Shown piece after piece: positions 20,827-32,632 of a DNA stretch of 64,000 nucleotides. The notes under the pieces are model-generated. The model was not told the origin of the DNA. It made no database searches and was given only the letters and a program-made list of their open reading frames with translations. Origin of the DNA: Omnitrophica bacterium GWA2_41_15 (GTDB lineage: Bacteria > Omnitrophota > Gorgyraeia > Gygaellales > Profunditerraquicolaceae). The stretch covers positions 38,499 through 102,498 of the forward strand of contig CAKKQB010000028.1 of NCBI GenBank assembly GCA_919901915.1, in the 5' to 3' direction. The number at the start of each line of letters is the position of its first letter. Positions within the stretch are counted from its first letter, which is position 1. A program made the translations under genes and the position numbers.

Positions 20827-21468
20827 TTACTTAAGATTTTCCCGCGGCTCCCTAATGCTTTGCGCTGCTTCTTTTGCTTTGCTGTCCTTAGACAAAATTA
20901 CAATTTCAACCCTGCGATTTAATTGGCGGCCATCCTTTGTGTCATTAGACGCGACCGGATGAAATTCACCATAGCCAACCGCGGACAGGCGCCCTGGTAG
21001 AATTCCTCCATTATCAACCGTATAATGTAAAACGCTCAATGCCCGAGCTGTGGAAAGTTCCCAATTTGTTTTCCACCCGGAACTCTGAATAGGCTGATTA
21101 TCCGTATGTCCTTCTATCCTCACATTAAAATCTGACACGTTCTCTTTCAAAACCTTAGTTACTTTAGTAAGCACCTGATAAGCCTCATTTTTAATTTCCG
21201 CTTTTCCTGAATCAAATAAAAGATCGCCTAACACAGTAATCACTAAGCCTCTTTCTGACATATCCACCCTTACTGACTTTTCCTGAATTTCATTCTTAAG
21301 CCTTCCCTCAAGAAGTCTCTTTGCTTGTTCTAGTTCATCCAATCGCGCGGACAACTCTTCAATTTTTTGAATATCTGAACGCCTTCCTTTTTGAAAAATA
21401 AATGTACACCCGCTAAGAGCTACTGATAAAAATGCTATAACCATCATTCTAAAAAATTTTACTTTCAT
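20827..21468 (-). CDS. OmpA-family peptidoglycan-associated lipoprotein with an N-terminal coiled coil
   Basis: Lipobox LSGC. C-terminal OmpA/MotB domain with GHTDN...NRRVEIV. RBS aggagg 8 nt upstream of the ATG. Confidence 0.75.
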   Translation of the reverse strand: MKVKFFRMMVIAFLSVALSGCTFIFQKGRRSDIQKIEELSARLDELEQAKRLLEGRLKNEIQEKSVRVDMSERGLVITVLGDLLFDSGKAEIKNEAYQVLTKVTKVLKENVSDFNVRIEGHTDNQPIQSSGWKTNWELSTARALSVLHYTVDNGGILPGRLSAVGYGEFHPVASNDTKDGRQLNRRVEIVILSKDSKAKEAAQSIREPRENLK

Positions 21469-21647
21469 AAATTACGCCTCCTAATATAATTTTTAGGCAT
21501 AACTATAAATTATGCCTAACTAATAGCCTCGAACGAATTTCGTAAAAGACTATATTTTTGGAAATTTTCAAAGTGAAACTTAACTGTAACACAATCAATG
21601 AGTTTAGTCAAGTATAAATTTCATTACACAATTCGTGGTAATTCCTG

Positions 21648-23129
<1,482 letters not shown>

Positions 23130-23130
<1 letters not shown>

Positions 23131-24368
23131 TACGGACTCATCGTAAATATCTTACGCGCGATATCCGGATACTTCGCGATAAATTTTAGCTCATCTTCAA
23201 CTAAAGGTTTCTGATTATGAACATTGGCATATCTAACCAATTCCAATACCTCTGCCGCTTCGGCGTTATCTTTAAAAGCAACCTCTATTTTATCATAAAC
23301 ATTTCTAAAACCCTTAATTCCAGAATATTCTCCTGTAGTAATTTGACGTCCTGTCTCAATTATCTCCGGCTCGCCGCGGCCTAATTCCTCAAAATCATAT
23401 AGCTCATAATTACGCCTGTCTTTAAGCGCCCCATCAGCATGAATTCCTGATTCATGCGCGAAAGCGTTCGCGCCTATCCCAGGCTGATTTATAGGTATAG
23501 GCACGCCAAAGGCATAAGAGGCATATTTACAAATTCGCCAAGCAACTTTTAACCTTATTCTTTCATCAAGTTGATATTCTTGCATCGCGTTTCCATATTT
23601 TATAGCCAAAATTACAGAAATCAAATCCGCGTTGCCTGCGCGCTCACCCATGCCATTAACGCAAGTATTAATATAGGCGTCGCATCCAGCGTCATTTGCC
23701 GCCCTCGCGCCCGCGATTGAATTTGCCACAACCAACCCCAAATCATTATGGCAATGAACCTCAATAGGTAGCTTAACCGCTTCAGCTAAAAGTTTTATTC
23801 TCTCATACATTGTAAAAGGAGTGTCGCAGCCCAAAGTATCGCAATAACGAATCCTGTGCGCCCCCGCTTCCTTGGCGCTCATAGCAAACTCAATTAAATA
23901 CTCTAACCTCGTGCGTGAGGCGTCTTCCGCGTTTACACCGATAAGCTCAACGCCTAATTTAGCCGCTTCCCTCACCGCTTCCATCATTTCTTTTATCACC
24001 GACTGATGATCAAGTTTTCCTTTAAACTTATGCGTAATCATCTGGTCAGATGTAGAAATAGAAAGATTCACATATTTAAGCCCCTCTACAAATTTAAAAG
24101 CGGTATCAACATCTTCCTTAGTTGCCCTTAACCAACCGCTTAATTTTATAGGAAAAAGCGCGCCAATTTTTGCCAACTCTAAATTAGCGTTTAAATAATT
24201 TGTTTCATGGCGTGTAACCGGAAAACCAAATTCCGATTGAGACACCCCCATTTCATTTAAATAAAGATTGAGCATTGTCTTCTGCAGTTTAGAAAGACAT
24301 ATCCGTGAAGTCTGAACCCCGTCGCGGTTAGTCACATCGATAATATAAATTTTTGGTTTGTCTGTCAT
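23130..24368 (-). CDS. HMGL-like aldolase-family synthase (2-isopropylmalate / homocitrate / citramalate synthase family)
   Basis: DVTNRDGVQT near the N-terminus and HCHNDLGLVVANSIAGARAA...NGMGERAGNADL, as in the LeuA/NifV family; 412 aa. Substrate is not assignable. Confidence 0.7.
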
Positions 24369-24410
24369 ATTTCACCTCGCATAATATTTATTAAACAATT
24401 ACACTGATAG

Positions 24411-24537
24411 GACTGTGTCATAACTCCACTTTTGTGTCATTGCGAGGCTTCCAAAGGAAGCCGTGGCAATCTTTTTCCAACGAGAAATATTTTTAAGATT
24501 ACTCGCCTTCGGCTCGTAATGACATCGTGACACAGTC
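24411..24537. repeat. MITE-like element of about 127 bp
   Basis: Perfect terminal inverted repeats gactgtgtca...tgacacagtc enclose a gtcattgcgagg...cgtaatgac inner palindrome. Confidence 0.7.
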
Positions 24538-24551
24538 TGAATGCCTCGTCT

Positions 24552-26291
24552 CTACTGCTTCTTTATAATCTTCCTCAATTCCTCCTTCGACGGCACGGCT
24601 TTTGTGGAAAATATTTCCTGATTATCCACAAGATACGCCGGGCCAAACATAACTCTTAGTTCTCTGTTAAGTTCGATATTCTTCCTTAAAAGATTTTTCC
24701 CTTCACTGCCCCTGGCGCACGCCTTTACCTCACTTAAATCCATACCGGCTCCGATACAATCATCCCACCAGGAACTTTTAGAATTTTGCGCCCGGCAACT
24801 TATGTAATTCCAAAACCTTTGCGGATAATACTTCTGTACGCATACCGCGCGTAAACACTCTTCAGTCTCAAAAGCGCCTCTTTGCGCGTCAAATCCATTT
24901 TCATTTTCAACCGCCAGAAAATGAATCTGGGGATCAAACTCCCTTGCTGTATCTAATAATCCCGCGGCATCTTCATCAAATAAACTTATAAATAAATCTA
25001 ATTTTTTATTTATTTTTAACCTGCTGATAAATTGGGAAATACCGCTGAATTCCGGCTTCAACATATAAAAATCGCCTTTTACCTCTAAATTACGTTTAAG
25101 ATCTTCAAATTTTTTCTCCTTATCAACTTCTTTACCTAAAAAATAGGCAGGCAGGCTTGATATAGAAAATTTCTTAATAAGGTCCTGCGCCTTTTCCCCG
25201 GGATAATATTCATAAGAAACAATTAAATTGGGGAAATCCCTTTTTAAGGCTTTAATCGGTGTTTGCGTATCGCATACCCTGCAATTCTTTGGGGTAATAA
25301 TCAAAAGATTAACCTTACCTGATTCTTCAAATGAACAACGAGAATCTAATTTCCCCGGATTATGGCACGTTCCAGCAAGGCCATCTTTCTTACAATTGGT
25401 ATCCTGAAAACAACGCGGCAATAAAGAAAGAACCTCTGGATCATCCTGTATTTTGTCCGAAAGACGCAGAGTTTCTATCTCATATTTTACTAGCTTATTA
25501 TCCTTTAAAGTAATGGTTGCCCTGCCTAACCTGCGCCCCTGCCAAGAGCTCCTTAAAAATAACGTATTAGCTATTTTTTCAAAAGAAGAAATCCCCTCTT
25601 CTTTTGAAAAAGAATCCTGTAAAATAACGATATCTACGCCTTTCACAGCGCTAATCAAATCAAGAGTGTCCTTCTGGGGCAAATAACTTAAAAGCACAAT
25701 AATATTAACAGGAATTTTTTTTAATTCTTCAACTGATTTTTTAAGCGCTATAATTGGCTCGATAATTTTGGAGCCCTCCAGCTTCTGCCTCGCGTAAGGA
25801 TCAGTTATCCCGACAATCCCGACTTTTATGTTTAAAATTTGTTTTATAATATAGGGTTTCACAAAAGGAAACTCATCCGTAGAAATATTGCTTGATAAAA
25901 AAACTAATTTTGTTTTGGCGGCATTATCCTGAAAAAAACTCCTGCCAAGATTAAACTCATCACTGCCGATATTCAAGGCATCATATTTCATCAATTCCAT
26001 TGCCCTAAGGTTGATGAGCGACCTCTCCGAGTCAAATTGCGTATTCTGCGTCCACTCATCCAAAAGGCCGCCGGCAAAGAAACCGCCGGAATCCAAAAGC
26101 AGGCTTTGAGGATATTTTTTCTTAATCTGCTTAATTAAACTTGCTCTGCGGCTAATACCGCCATCAATCTCTTTCGGACAGCTACAGGGATAAAGCATAG
26201 CGTGGGTGGAACCGGTATAAAGGATAGTAATTTCTTCAGCAAAACAAGTAAACATAAAACCATAAATACAAAATGCAAAAACGCAAATCAA
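24552..26291 (-). CDS. Exported hypothetical protein with a metallophosphatase-like N-domain and a Cys-rich C-domain; start is uncertain
   Basis: Signal-peptide-like ICVFAFCIYGFMFTCFA. The N-domain resembles 5'-nucleotidase but lacks the canonical metal-binding motifs. The ORF-track N-terminus at 26414 translates gcggatagcg/ctacgct repeats and is spurious. Confidence 0.4.
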   Translation of the reverse strand: MICVFAFCIYGFMFTCFAEEITILYTGSTHAMLYPCSCPKEIDGGISRRASLIKQIKKKYPQSLLLDSGGFFAGGLLDEWTQNTQFDSERSLINLRAMELMKYDALNIGSDEFNLGRSFFQDNAAKTKLVFLSSNISTDEFPFVKPYIIKQILNIKVGIVGITDPYARQKLEGSKIIEPIIALKKSVEELKKIPVNIIVLLSYLPQKDTLDLISAVKGVDIVILQDSFSKEEGISSFEKIANTLFLRSSWQGRRLGRATITLKDNKLVKYEIETLRLSDKIQDDPEVLSLLPRCFQDTNCKKDGLAGTCHNPGKLDSRCSFEESGKVNLLIITPKNCRVCDTQTPIKALKRDFPNLIVSYEYYPGEKAQDLIKKFSISSLPAYFLGKEVDKEKKFEDLKRNLEVKGDFYMLKPEFSGISQFISRLKINKKLDLFISLFDEDAAGLLDTAREFDPQIHFLAVENENGFDAQRGAFETEECLRAVCVQKYYPQRFWNYISCRAQNSKSSWWDDCIGAGMDLSEVKACARGSEGKNLLRKNIELNRELRVMFGPAYLVDNQEIFSTKAVPSKEELRKIIKKQ

Positions 26292-26410
26292 TGTTTTAGC
26301 GTTTAGCGGATAGCGTTTAGCGGATAGTTTATCATGTCCTATACGCTCTACGCTATGCGCTCTACGCTCATCTTGCTCTACGTTATACGCTTGACATTTG
26401 AATCTCTTTA

Positions 26411-28006
26411 TCATAGCCTTATCCCCTTCACTGATAAAATATTTTCTATTTTTTTTATCTCTTCCAAGATTTTCGCTGAAACAGGAGTATCCACATTTAA
26501 AACGCTTATTGCTTTTCCACCGGGCGCCTCGCGGCCAAAGGTCATAGCCGCAATATTAATATTGTATTTGCCTAAAAACATTCCCAGATTTCCGATAATA
26601 CCCGGCCTATCCCAATTCTCCACAAAAATCAAATCCCCCATAGGAATCACTTCAACATAATACTCATCAATCTTTACAATGCGCGGCTGTTTATTGGAAG
26701 AAAGGGTGCCTAAAATTCTCCTGGTTTCCTTATCGGTCTTAAGCTCCAATTGAATCAGGTTTACAAATTCCTCTTCCTTTGAAGATTTTGCCTCATTGAT
26801 TTTAATACCTCTTTCTTTAGCTAACGCCAAAGCATTGATAGAATTAACTGTCTCGCCAAGTATAGGAGTAAGCAATCCTTTAACCAAAGCTAATGTCAGA
26901 GGCGTTAAATTATGCCGGCTGATATCGCCGCTATAAATTATATTTAATTCTTTTAACCTGCCCTCAATTAGTTGACAGCTGAATAAGCCTGTCTTCTCTG
27001 CCAGATTAATATACGGCTCAATAGCCTTATACGCCTCTGGTTCCACGCAGGGGTAATTGGCGGCATTCTGAATACCTTTGCCTAAAAGCGCGTCAGAGAC
27101 AATATGTGCCACTTCGATTGCCACATTAACCTGCGCTTCTTCCGTGGAAGCGCCCAAATGAGGGGTGAGGATAACATTATTTAATTTTAAAAGCTCGCTG
27201 TCAGCCAAAAGCGGCTCATTCTCAAAAACATCCAAAGCAGCGCCGGAAACCTTACCTTCTTTAACCGCCTTAACAAGCGCCGCCTCATCAACAATACCGC
27301 CCCGGGCGCAATTAATTACGCGCACGCCTTTTTTCATAATCGCGAACTGTCCATCTGATATCATATGCTTAGTCTCGCTGGAAAGCGGCACGTGAACCGT
27401 AATGTAATCAACCCGCTGAAACAGCTCTTCTAATTCCACTACCTCTACCCCAATGCCTTGCGCGACTTCAAGCGACAAATACGGGTCGAATGCTAAAATC
27501 TTCATCCCGAATGATTTAGCCCTTTTAGCCACTTCTGTGCCAATCCTTCCCAATCCAACGATACCCAATATTTTACCATAAAGTTCAACACCCATAAACT
27601 TAGAACGTTTCCACTCGCCTAATTTTACCGAAGCATTTGCTTGGGGAATGCTCCTGGAAAGCGACAAAATCATACTCATTGTATGCTCGGCTGTAGAAAT
27701 AGTGTTACCCGCGGGCGTATTCATCACGATTATACCCTTTTGCGTAGCTGCCTCTAAATCCACATTATCTAATCCCACGCCGGCGCGGCCTATTACTTTC
27801 AGCCTGTCTGAAGCGCCAATAATATCCTTAGTTACCTTGGTAGCGCTTCTTACCACTAAAGCATCGTAATCTTTAATTATCTCTTTTAACATTTCCGGCT
27901 TTAAGTCTGTCTTCACATCAACCTGAAATTCTTTCACGTCTCTAAAAATTTTCAATCCCTCTTCTGATAACGCATCGCTAACTAATATTTTTTTCATTTT
28001 ACGCAC
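26411..28006 (-). CDS. serA: D-3-phosphoglycerate dehydrogenase with a C-terminal ACT domain
   Basis: 2-hydroxyacid dehydrogenase NAD-binding motif GIVGLGRIG, catalytic R/E/H residues, and ASB plus ACT C-terminal domains; 531 aa. Confidence 0.9.
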   Translation of the reverse strand: MRKMKKILVSDALSEEGLKIFRDVKEFQVDVKTDLKPEMLKEIIKDYDALVVRSATKVTKDIIGASDRLKVIGRAGVGLDNVDLEAATQKGIIVMNTPAGNTISTAEHTMSMILSLSRSIPQANASVKLGEWKRSKFMGVELYGKILGIVGLGRIGTEVAKRAKSFGMKILAFDPYLSLEVAQGIGVEVVELEELFQRVDYITVHVPLSSETKHMISDGQFAIMKKGVRVINCARGGIVDEAALVKAVKEGKVSGAALDVFENEPLLADSELLKLNNVILTPHLGASTEEAQVNVAIEVAHIVSDALLGKGIQNAANYPCVEPEAYKAIEPYINLAEKTGLFSCQLIEGRLKELNIIYSGDISRHNLTPLTLALVKGLLTPILGETVNSINALALAKERGIKINEAKSSKEEEFVNLIQLELKTDKETRRILGTLSSNKQPRIVKIDEYYVEVIPMGDLIFVENWDRPGIIGNLGMFLGKYNINIAAMTFGREAPGGKAISVLNVDTPVSAKILEEIKKIENILSVKGIRL

Positions 28007-28043
28007 CTCCTGATAGTTTTAATAACAATTCCCTCCCCCTTGT

Positions 28044-28136
28044 GAGACTGGGTCAAATAGCTGTGTCATTCCCGCGAAAGTGGGAATCCTGAGACTGGGT
28101 CAAATAGCTGTGTCATTCCCGCGAAAGCGGGAATCC
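28044..28136. repeat. Tandem duplication of a 'gagactgggtcaaatagctgtgtcattcccgcgaaagcgggaatcc' unit
   Basis: Two nearly identical ~46-nt units at 28044-28089 and 28091-28136. Each contains the gtcattcccgcgaaagcgggaatcc palindrome. Confidence 0.8.
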
Positions 28137-28163
28137 ACGAAGGGAAATACTTCTTATTAAACC

Positions 28164-29303
28164 CTATACCCTCAAAAACACTTCCTCCGCCGCTTTTACG
28201 CCAGAACCTAATTCAAATTTGTATCCCATTTGAGTCAAAACTTTTTCCAGGCATGATATGCCGAGAATAATATCAAACTCTTCAATAAAACCCATATGGG
28301 CAATCCTGATCAATTTGCCTTTCATTTCATCCTGGCCTCCGGCAATGGTTATGCCGTAAGTATCGCGCATAGTTTTAACTAATTTCTCGCCGTCAAGGCC
28401 CGCGGGAACATTAGCCGCTGTAACCGCGTCAGAAGAATTACTGCCGGCAAATAATTCCAGTCCCAGCGCCTTCATCGCCGTTCTTACGGCAACCCCAAGC
28501 TTTTTGTGGCGCGAAAACACATTTTCTAAACCGTCCTCCTTAAGCATTTTTAACACTTCATTCAAGGCAATAATTAAAGTAATGGCGGGAGTAAAAGGGG
28601 TATCTGTTTTATCAAGCGCCTTTTTTGCTTTTTTTAAATCAAGATAATACCTAGGGCATTTCGCGTTTTCAACTAAGCCAAATGCCTTTGAACTTACAGA
28701 AATAAATCCTAAACCCGGGGGAAGCATCAGGCCTTTTTGCGAACCGGAAACCACTACATCGCAAAACCAAGCGTCGGTTTTAAGGTCAACAGCGCCTAAG
28801 CCGCTTATGGCGTCAACCACTAATACCGCCGGTGTATCTTTTATGATTTTACCAATAGCCTCAATATCGCTTTTCGCGCCGGTTGATGTTTCACATAAAG
28901 TTGTAAATACGGCTTTTATTTTTGGATTTGCTCCTAACCTGCGCTCTATCTCCTTAGGCTCAACCGCATGCCCCCATTCCACTTTAATAACATCACAATT
29001 TACATTATTCGCGCGACAGATCTCTGTCCAACGCTCGCCGAATTTTCCAGCCTCCACTATTATCACCGTGTCGCCGGGGGATAACAAATTTACAACTGCC
29101 GCCTCCATCGCGCCTGTCCCAGAAGAAGCTAAAATAAAAACATCGTTTTTTGTCTGGAATACATACCTTAGGCCGTCAGTCGTCTCTTTTAGAATTGCCT
29201 GAAATTGCGGAGTCCGATGATGAATTATCGGCCTGGACATCGCCTCGCAAACATACGGCGGTAATGGTGTTGGCCCGGGTGTTAATAAATAGTTTTTGCG
29301 CAT
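28164..29303 (-). CDS. Class V aminotransferase; phosphoserine / serine-pyruvate aminotransferase type, probably the SerC partner of the adjacent serA
   Basis: LLTPGPTP N-terminus and the SGSQKGL pyridoxal-lysine region. The 17-aa ORF-track extension ([11 protein letters not shown]) is a translated cgtatct heptamer repeat. Confidence 0.8.
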   Translation of the reverse strand: MRKNYLLTPGPTPLPPYVCEAMSRPIIHHRTPQFQAILKETTDGLRYVFQTKNDVFILASSGTGAMEAAVVNLLSPGDTVIIVEAGKFGERWTEICRANNVNCDVIKVEWGHAVEPKEIERRLGANPKIKAVFTTLCETSTGAKSDIEAIGKIIKDTPAVLVVDAISGLGAVDLKTDAWFCDVVVSGSQKGLMLPPGLGFISVSSKAFGLVENAKCPRYYLDLKKAKKALDKTDTPFTPAITLIIALNEVLKMLKEDGLENVFSRHKKLGVAVRTAMKALGLELFAGSNSSDAVTAANVPAGLDGEKLVKTMRDTYGITIAGGQDEMKGKLIRIAHMGFIEEFDIILGISCLEKVLTQMGYKFELGSGVKAAEEVFLRV

Positions 29304-29393
29304 AGACACCTCCTTGTGTGCGTATCTCGTATCTCGTGAATCGTATCTCGTCATTCGTCGTTCGCATTTCGTAACGATTCACGAGATACGAAC

Positions 29394-30005
29394 TTATTTC
29401 TTCTGGCTAACAATCACCTCATCAATAATTCCGTAATCTTTAGCTTCATTCGCGGACATAAAATAATCTCTATCCGTATCCTTTTGTATCTTATCCAAAG
29501 ATTGCCCCGTATGAACCGCCAAAAGGCCGTTTATAGACTCGCGCATCTTTAAAATCTCTTTAGCATGACGGGAAATATCTTCCGCGGTTCCCTGAACGCC
29601 GCCCCAAGGCTGATGAATCATAACTCTTGAATTAGGAAGCGTCTGACGTTTTCCTTTTCTACCCGCGCATAAAAGAAGCGCGGCTATGCTAGATGCCTGG
29701 CCCACGCAATAAGTCGCCACATCGCACTTGACAAACTGCATGGTATCGTATATCGCAAGGCCTGCCGTAACTACTCCGCCGGGAGAATTTATATAAATAT
29801 TTATATCTTTATTAGCATCCTCCATCTGCAAAAACAACATCTGCGCAATCGCTAAATTTGCCACATAATCATCAATAGCAGTCCCAATAAATATAATACG
29901 CTCTTTTAATAACCGGGAATAAATATCATAGGCCCGTTCATAACCCCGCGAAGTCTGCTCGATAACCATCGGAACCAATGTCTGATTTTTAATCTCCATA
30001 CCCAC
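29394..30005 (-). CDS. clpP: ATP-dependent Clp protease proteolytic subunit
   Basis: Active-site context INSPGG around the catalytic Ser, the His-containing MIHQP, and the Asp region; 203 aa. Confidence 0.9.
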   Translation of the reverse strand: MGMEIKNQTLVPMVIEQTSRGYERAYDIYSRLLKERIIFIGTAIDDYVANLAIAQMLFLQMEDANKDINIYINSPGGVVTAGLAIYDTMQFVKCDVATYCVGQASSIAALLLCAGRKGKRQTLPNSRVMIHQPWGGVQGTAEDISRHAKEILKMRESINGLLAVHTGQSLDKIQKDTDRDYFMSANEAKDYGIIDEVIVSQKK

Positions 30006-30071
30006 CTCCTCAATTAATGTCTACTGTCAAGGTCTGACCCCATTTTAGTTAACACAACCGGGGTAACTTAC

Positions 30072-31733
30072 TTAACTGTTACAACCGAAAAGAATAGCGT
30101 TATTCTTAGTAGATTCATCCCCTAGTTTTACGACAAAGCCGTCTGCGCCAACGACAAGATGCTTTTGCGGTTCCCATGATGTTGCTTCCCAGCCGGCTTC
30201 ATCACACGACCATCCTCCAACATAAATATTCTTACTATTCACAGCTAACGCAATAGGTTCCTCTCCAGGGCCAGAAATGCCTTTTTCACCTAACCATTGA
30301 CCCCACTTTACTGCAGGCAAAATGCCATCAATAATTTTTATAACGAACTTTTGCTTATGACCACTATATGTCCCCAAAAATGTTGTTTCCCAACCTATTT
30401 GAGGGCTGGTAACGCCAATCCCATAGGTATTGGACGTCCCTCCAACGTAAATATTATTACCATTCACAGCTAAAGCATTAACTGAATCCATTGCTTTTCC
30501 ACCTAACCACTGACCCCATTTCAATTCAGGCTTATTAGTAACGGGATTATCGAAAATTTTTATAACAAATAGTTCCCTCGTGCTAGAGCTTTTAAACTCA
30601 CCTAACATCGTTATTCCATCCAAGCCGGTTTTGCTAGTTGACTCCCCCCCAACATAGATATTGCTACCATTTACAGCTATGCATAGAACTAAATCATAGA
30701 TTTTTCCTCCTAACCATTGACCCCAAACCACCGAAGCACTCGGATCAATAAGCAACGGGTAATTTGAAAGAGACTCTTTAATAGAAACAGTTAAGGCATT
30801 ATCAGCGTTAATAATATAGGATGCAGTTTTTTTAACTCCATCAGCTGTCCAATAAACAAGAGGTTCTAAAATAGCGAGAGGTTTTTCATCGCCAAAAGCG
30901 ACATTATGGTTTAAGGCTTTACGCACAGTATCCATTACCGAGGCGCGTTTTTTAAGGTCAGAATTATCTATGCCGGAAATCTTCATTGTCCTGTAAACAT
31001 TAACACTACCGTTGGGCTGTTGTTTGAGAGTTACGCTTGCGCCAGAGTCAGTTGAAAATTTCCAGGTATATTGGCTTAAATTATCAGAATGATTAAAAGC
31101 CGTAGCTTGAATCCACTCTTTTAACATTGCGCCTTGAGCAGATTGAGAAGCAAGGTATATAATAGTGTCTGTTGGCCGTTGATAAACCTGCGCAGAGCCC
31201 AGCGGTTTAGATTTAACGGTGAACTGTTTAAAAGGGGCAGAATTATTATCTAATTCCATCGTGAACGAAGCAGTATCTTGACCGTTTTTCATCAGAAAAC
31301 GTTTTTTGACGGTGTCCGATTTAGCATCAAAAGAAACGCGCATTTCCACTGGGCTCGACCGACCGAGGGCGGAATGCCCGAGGAAGTCGGGATAATGCTC
31401 CACTCCTTCGTCATTCCGGCGCAAGCCGGAATCCAGTCCGGACTCTGACATAGCAAATGTTACAGCATCACTATTAGTTTGAAATTTTGGTTTACCTGTA
31501 GGAAATAAAGCAAGAGGCTCTGGCGCGAGTTTAGATATTTGCTTAAATATCCCCACGGTCATAGACAACTCTTGAGCTATTGGCCCAGGAATAGCCGCGT
31601 ACACGTTACCAGTTAAAAAAGGCGCCGAAGAAAACAAAATAAACACTGGTAAAATAATTAAACTAACTACTGCGGCATACTTCCTTATCATTTTCAATCC
31701 TCCATTTAAACTTCTACGCCCTTTTTCATCCAT
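30072..31733 (-). CDS. Secreted SBBP-type beta-propeller repeat protein, paralog B
   Basis: The N-terminal ~270 aa are homologous to 676..3123 (AIPGPIAQELSM..QISKLAPEP..DSGLRRNDEG). WGQWLGG...NIYVGG repeats and a C-terminal ...FGCNS. In-frame repeat copies at 31356-31392 and 31409-31435. Confidence 0.6.
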   Translation of the reverse strand: MDEKGRRSLNGGLKMIRKYAAVVSLIILPVFILFSSAPFLTGNVYAAIPGPIAQELSMTVGIFKQISKLAPEPLALFPTGKPKFQTNSDAVTFAMSESGLDSGLRRNDEGVEHYPDFLGHSALGRSSPVEMRVSFDAKSDTVKKRFLMKNGQDTASFTMELDNNSAPFKQFTVKSKPLGSAQVYQRPTDTIIYLASQSAQGAMLKEWIQATAFNHSDNLSQYTWKFSTDSGASVTLKQQPNGSVNVYRTMKISGIDNSDLKKRASVMDTVRKALNHNVAFGDEKPLAILEPLVYWTADGVKKTASYIINADNALTVSIKESLSNYPLLIDPSASVVWGQWLGGKIYDLVLCIAVNGSNIYVGGESTSKTGLDGITMLGEFKSSSTRELFVIKIFDNPVTNKPELKWGQWLGGKAMDSVNALAVNGNNIYVGGTSNTYGIGVTSPQIGWETTFLGTYSGHKQKFVIKIIDGILPAVKWGQWLGEKGISGPGEEPIALAVNSKNIYVGGWSCDEAGWEATSWEPQKHLVVGADGFVVKLGDESTKNNAILFGCNS

Positions 31734-31990
31734 TCAGGTAAAGGAGTACGAGTTGCTTCACAATAAAGAATTTCAGGCGCTATATCTATTTCTTTATTCC
31801 ACGTAAGATTACCGATTTCTTTATCAAGCTGGAATGATTTAAAAAATTCGATATTTTTGAATCTCTCAAAAACACCGCTTTTTTCTAAATATGGACAAAA
31901 ATCCATAATTCCTGCCTCTCCATTCTCAAATGTGAGCTTTATTTTATAATCTTCCAGATACTCCGCCAATATTATATCTAAAAGCATCAA
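31706..31990 (-). CDS. DUF2442 family protein
   Basis: Small ~90 aa protein of the DUF2442 family (family assignment from memory, no defining motif identified), paired immediately downstream of a DUF4160 gene, which is the usual arrangement. Confidence 0.5.
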   Translation of the reverse strand: MMLLDIILAEYLEDYKIKLTFENGEAGIMDFCPYLEKSGVFERFKNIEFFKSFQLDKEIGNLTWNKEIDIAPEILYCEATRTPLPEWMKKGVEV

Positions 31991-32000
31991 GAGCCTCCTT

Positions 32001-32261
32001 TTATTTTAAAGGTTCTATTTTTTCAGGTGGAAGATTTTGAGCCATAATTTCCCAATCTTTTAATAATTCATTTTTATATAAAAATGCCCATTCCATAATT
32101 AGGCCTAATGCTCTTGGCGGAAATCTTCCTTCCAAAATTCGCAATGAATTAATATCAATTGCAATTTTATATTCACCGTAACGAGCATGGAAATGAGGCG
32201 GATTATGTTCGTCATAAAACATAGACACTATAATTCCATAAAATCTCGATATTTCAGGCAT
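32001..32261 (-). CDS. DUF4160 family protein
   Basis: MPEISRFYGI...YDEHNPPHFHARYGEYKIAIDI, the characteristic HNPPHFH core. Confidence 0.55.
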   Translation of the reverse strand: MPEISRFYGIIVSMFYDEHNPPHFHARYGEYKIAIDINSLRILEGRFPPRALGLIMEWAFLYKNELLKDWEIMAQNLPPEKIEPLK

Positions 32262-32553
32262 TTTAATTCCTCATTATTTCTCAAATTTTACGACAAAACC
32301 GCCTACAGGGATTGTTGCAAAATGCTTCCGAGCTGTCAAGAGCCCTGCTTGACTGGGCAATCCAGAAGTTTTTATCGACAAGCTTTTCAGTTTCTCTCAT
32401 TCCGGATTAAAACATTCCGGAATGACGGCTTTTCTGAGATTGCTGAAATAATCCAAAATAGGCAGCAATCTCTGATTACAGCGATTAAATTTAGATTACA
32501 GCGATTTATTTCCGTCGGTAAAATCTCTGTAATCTTTTGTAATCTCCGTAATC

Positions 32554-32600
32554 AGAGGTCACTGATATAGTTTTTAGGAATTTTTCAGTGACCTCTTTTC
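32554..32600 (+). terminator. Strong stem-loop followed by a T-tract; candidate plus-strand intrinsic terminator
   Basis: A perfect 12-bp stem agaggtcactga ... tcagtgacctct is followed by tttc, but no confident plus-strand gene lies upstream. Confidence 0.35.
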
Positions 32601-32632
32601 TTAATTCTTGACACCACCTGATTGTCATGTCT

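Noticed and set aside
29176-29382. Minus-strand 68-aa ORF between the aminotransferase and clpP
   Set aside because: The heptamer hairpin repeat ([21 protein letters not shown]) is translated within it, and it overlaps the aminotransferase start.
32187-32570. Plus-strand 127-aa ORF in the tig/DUF4160 gap
   Set aside because: It overlaps the DUF4160 5' end antisense, is Arg/Phe-rich, and spans repeat copies. It is kept only as a possible source of the transcript ending at the 32554-32600 hairpin.
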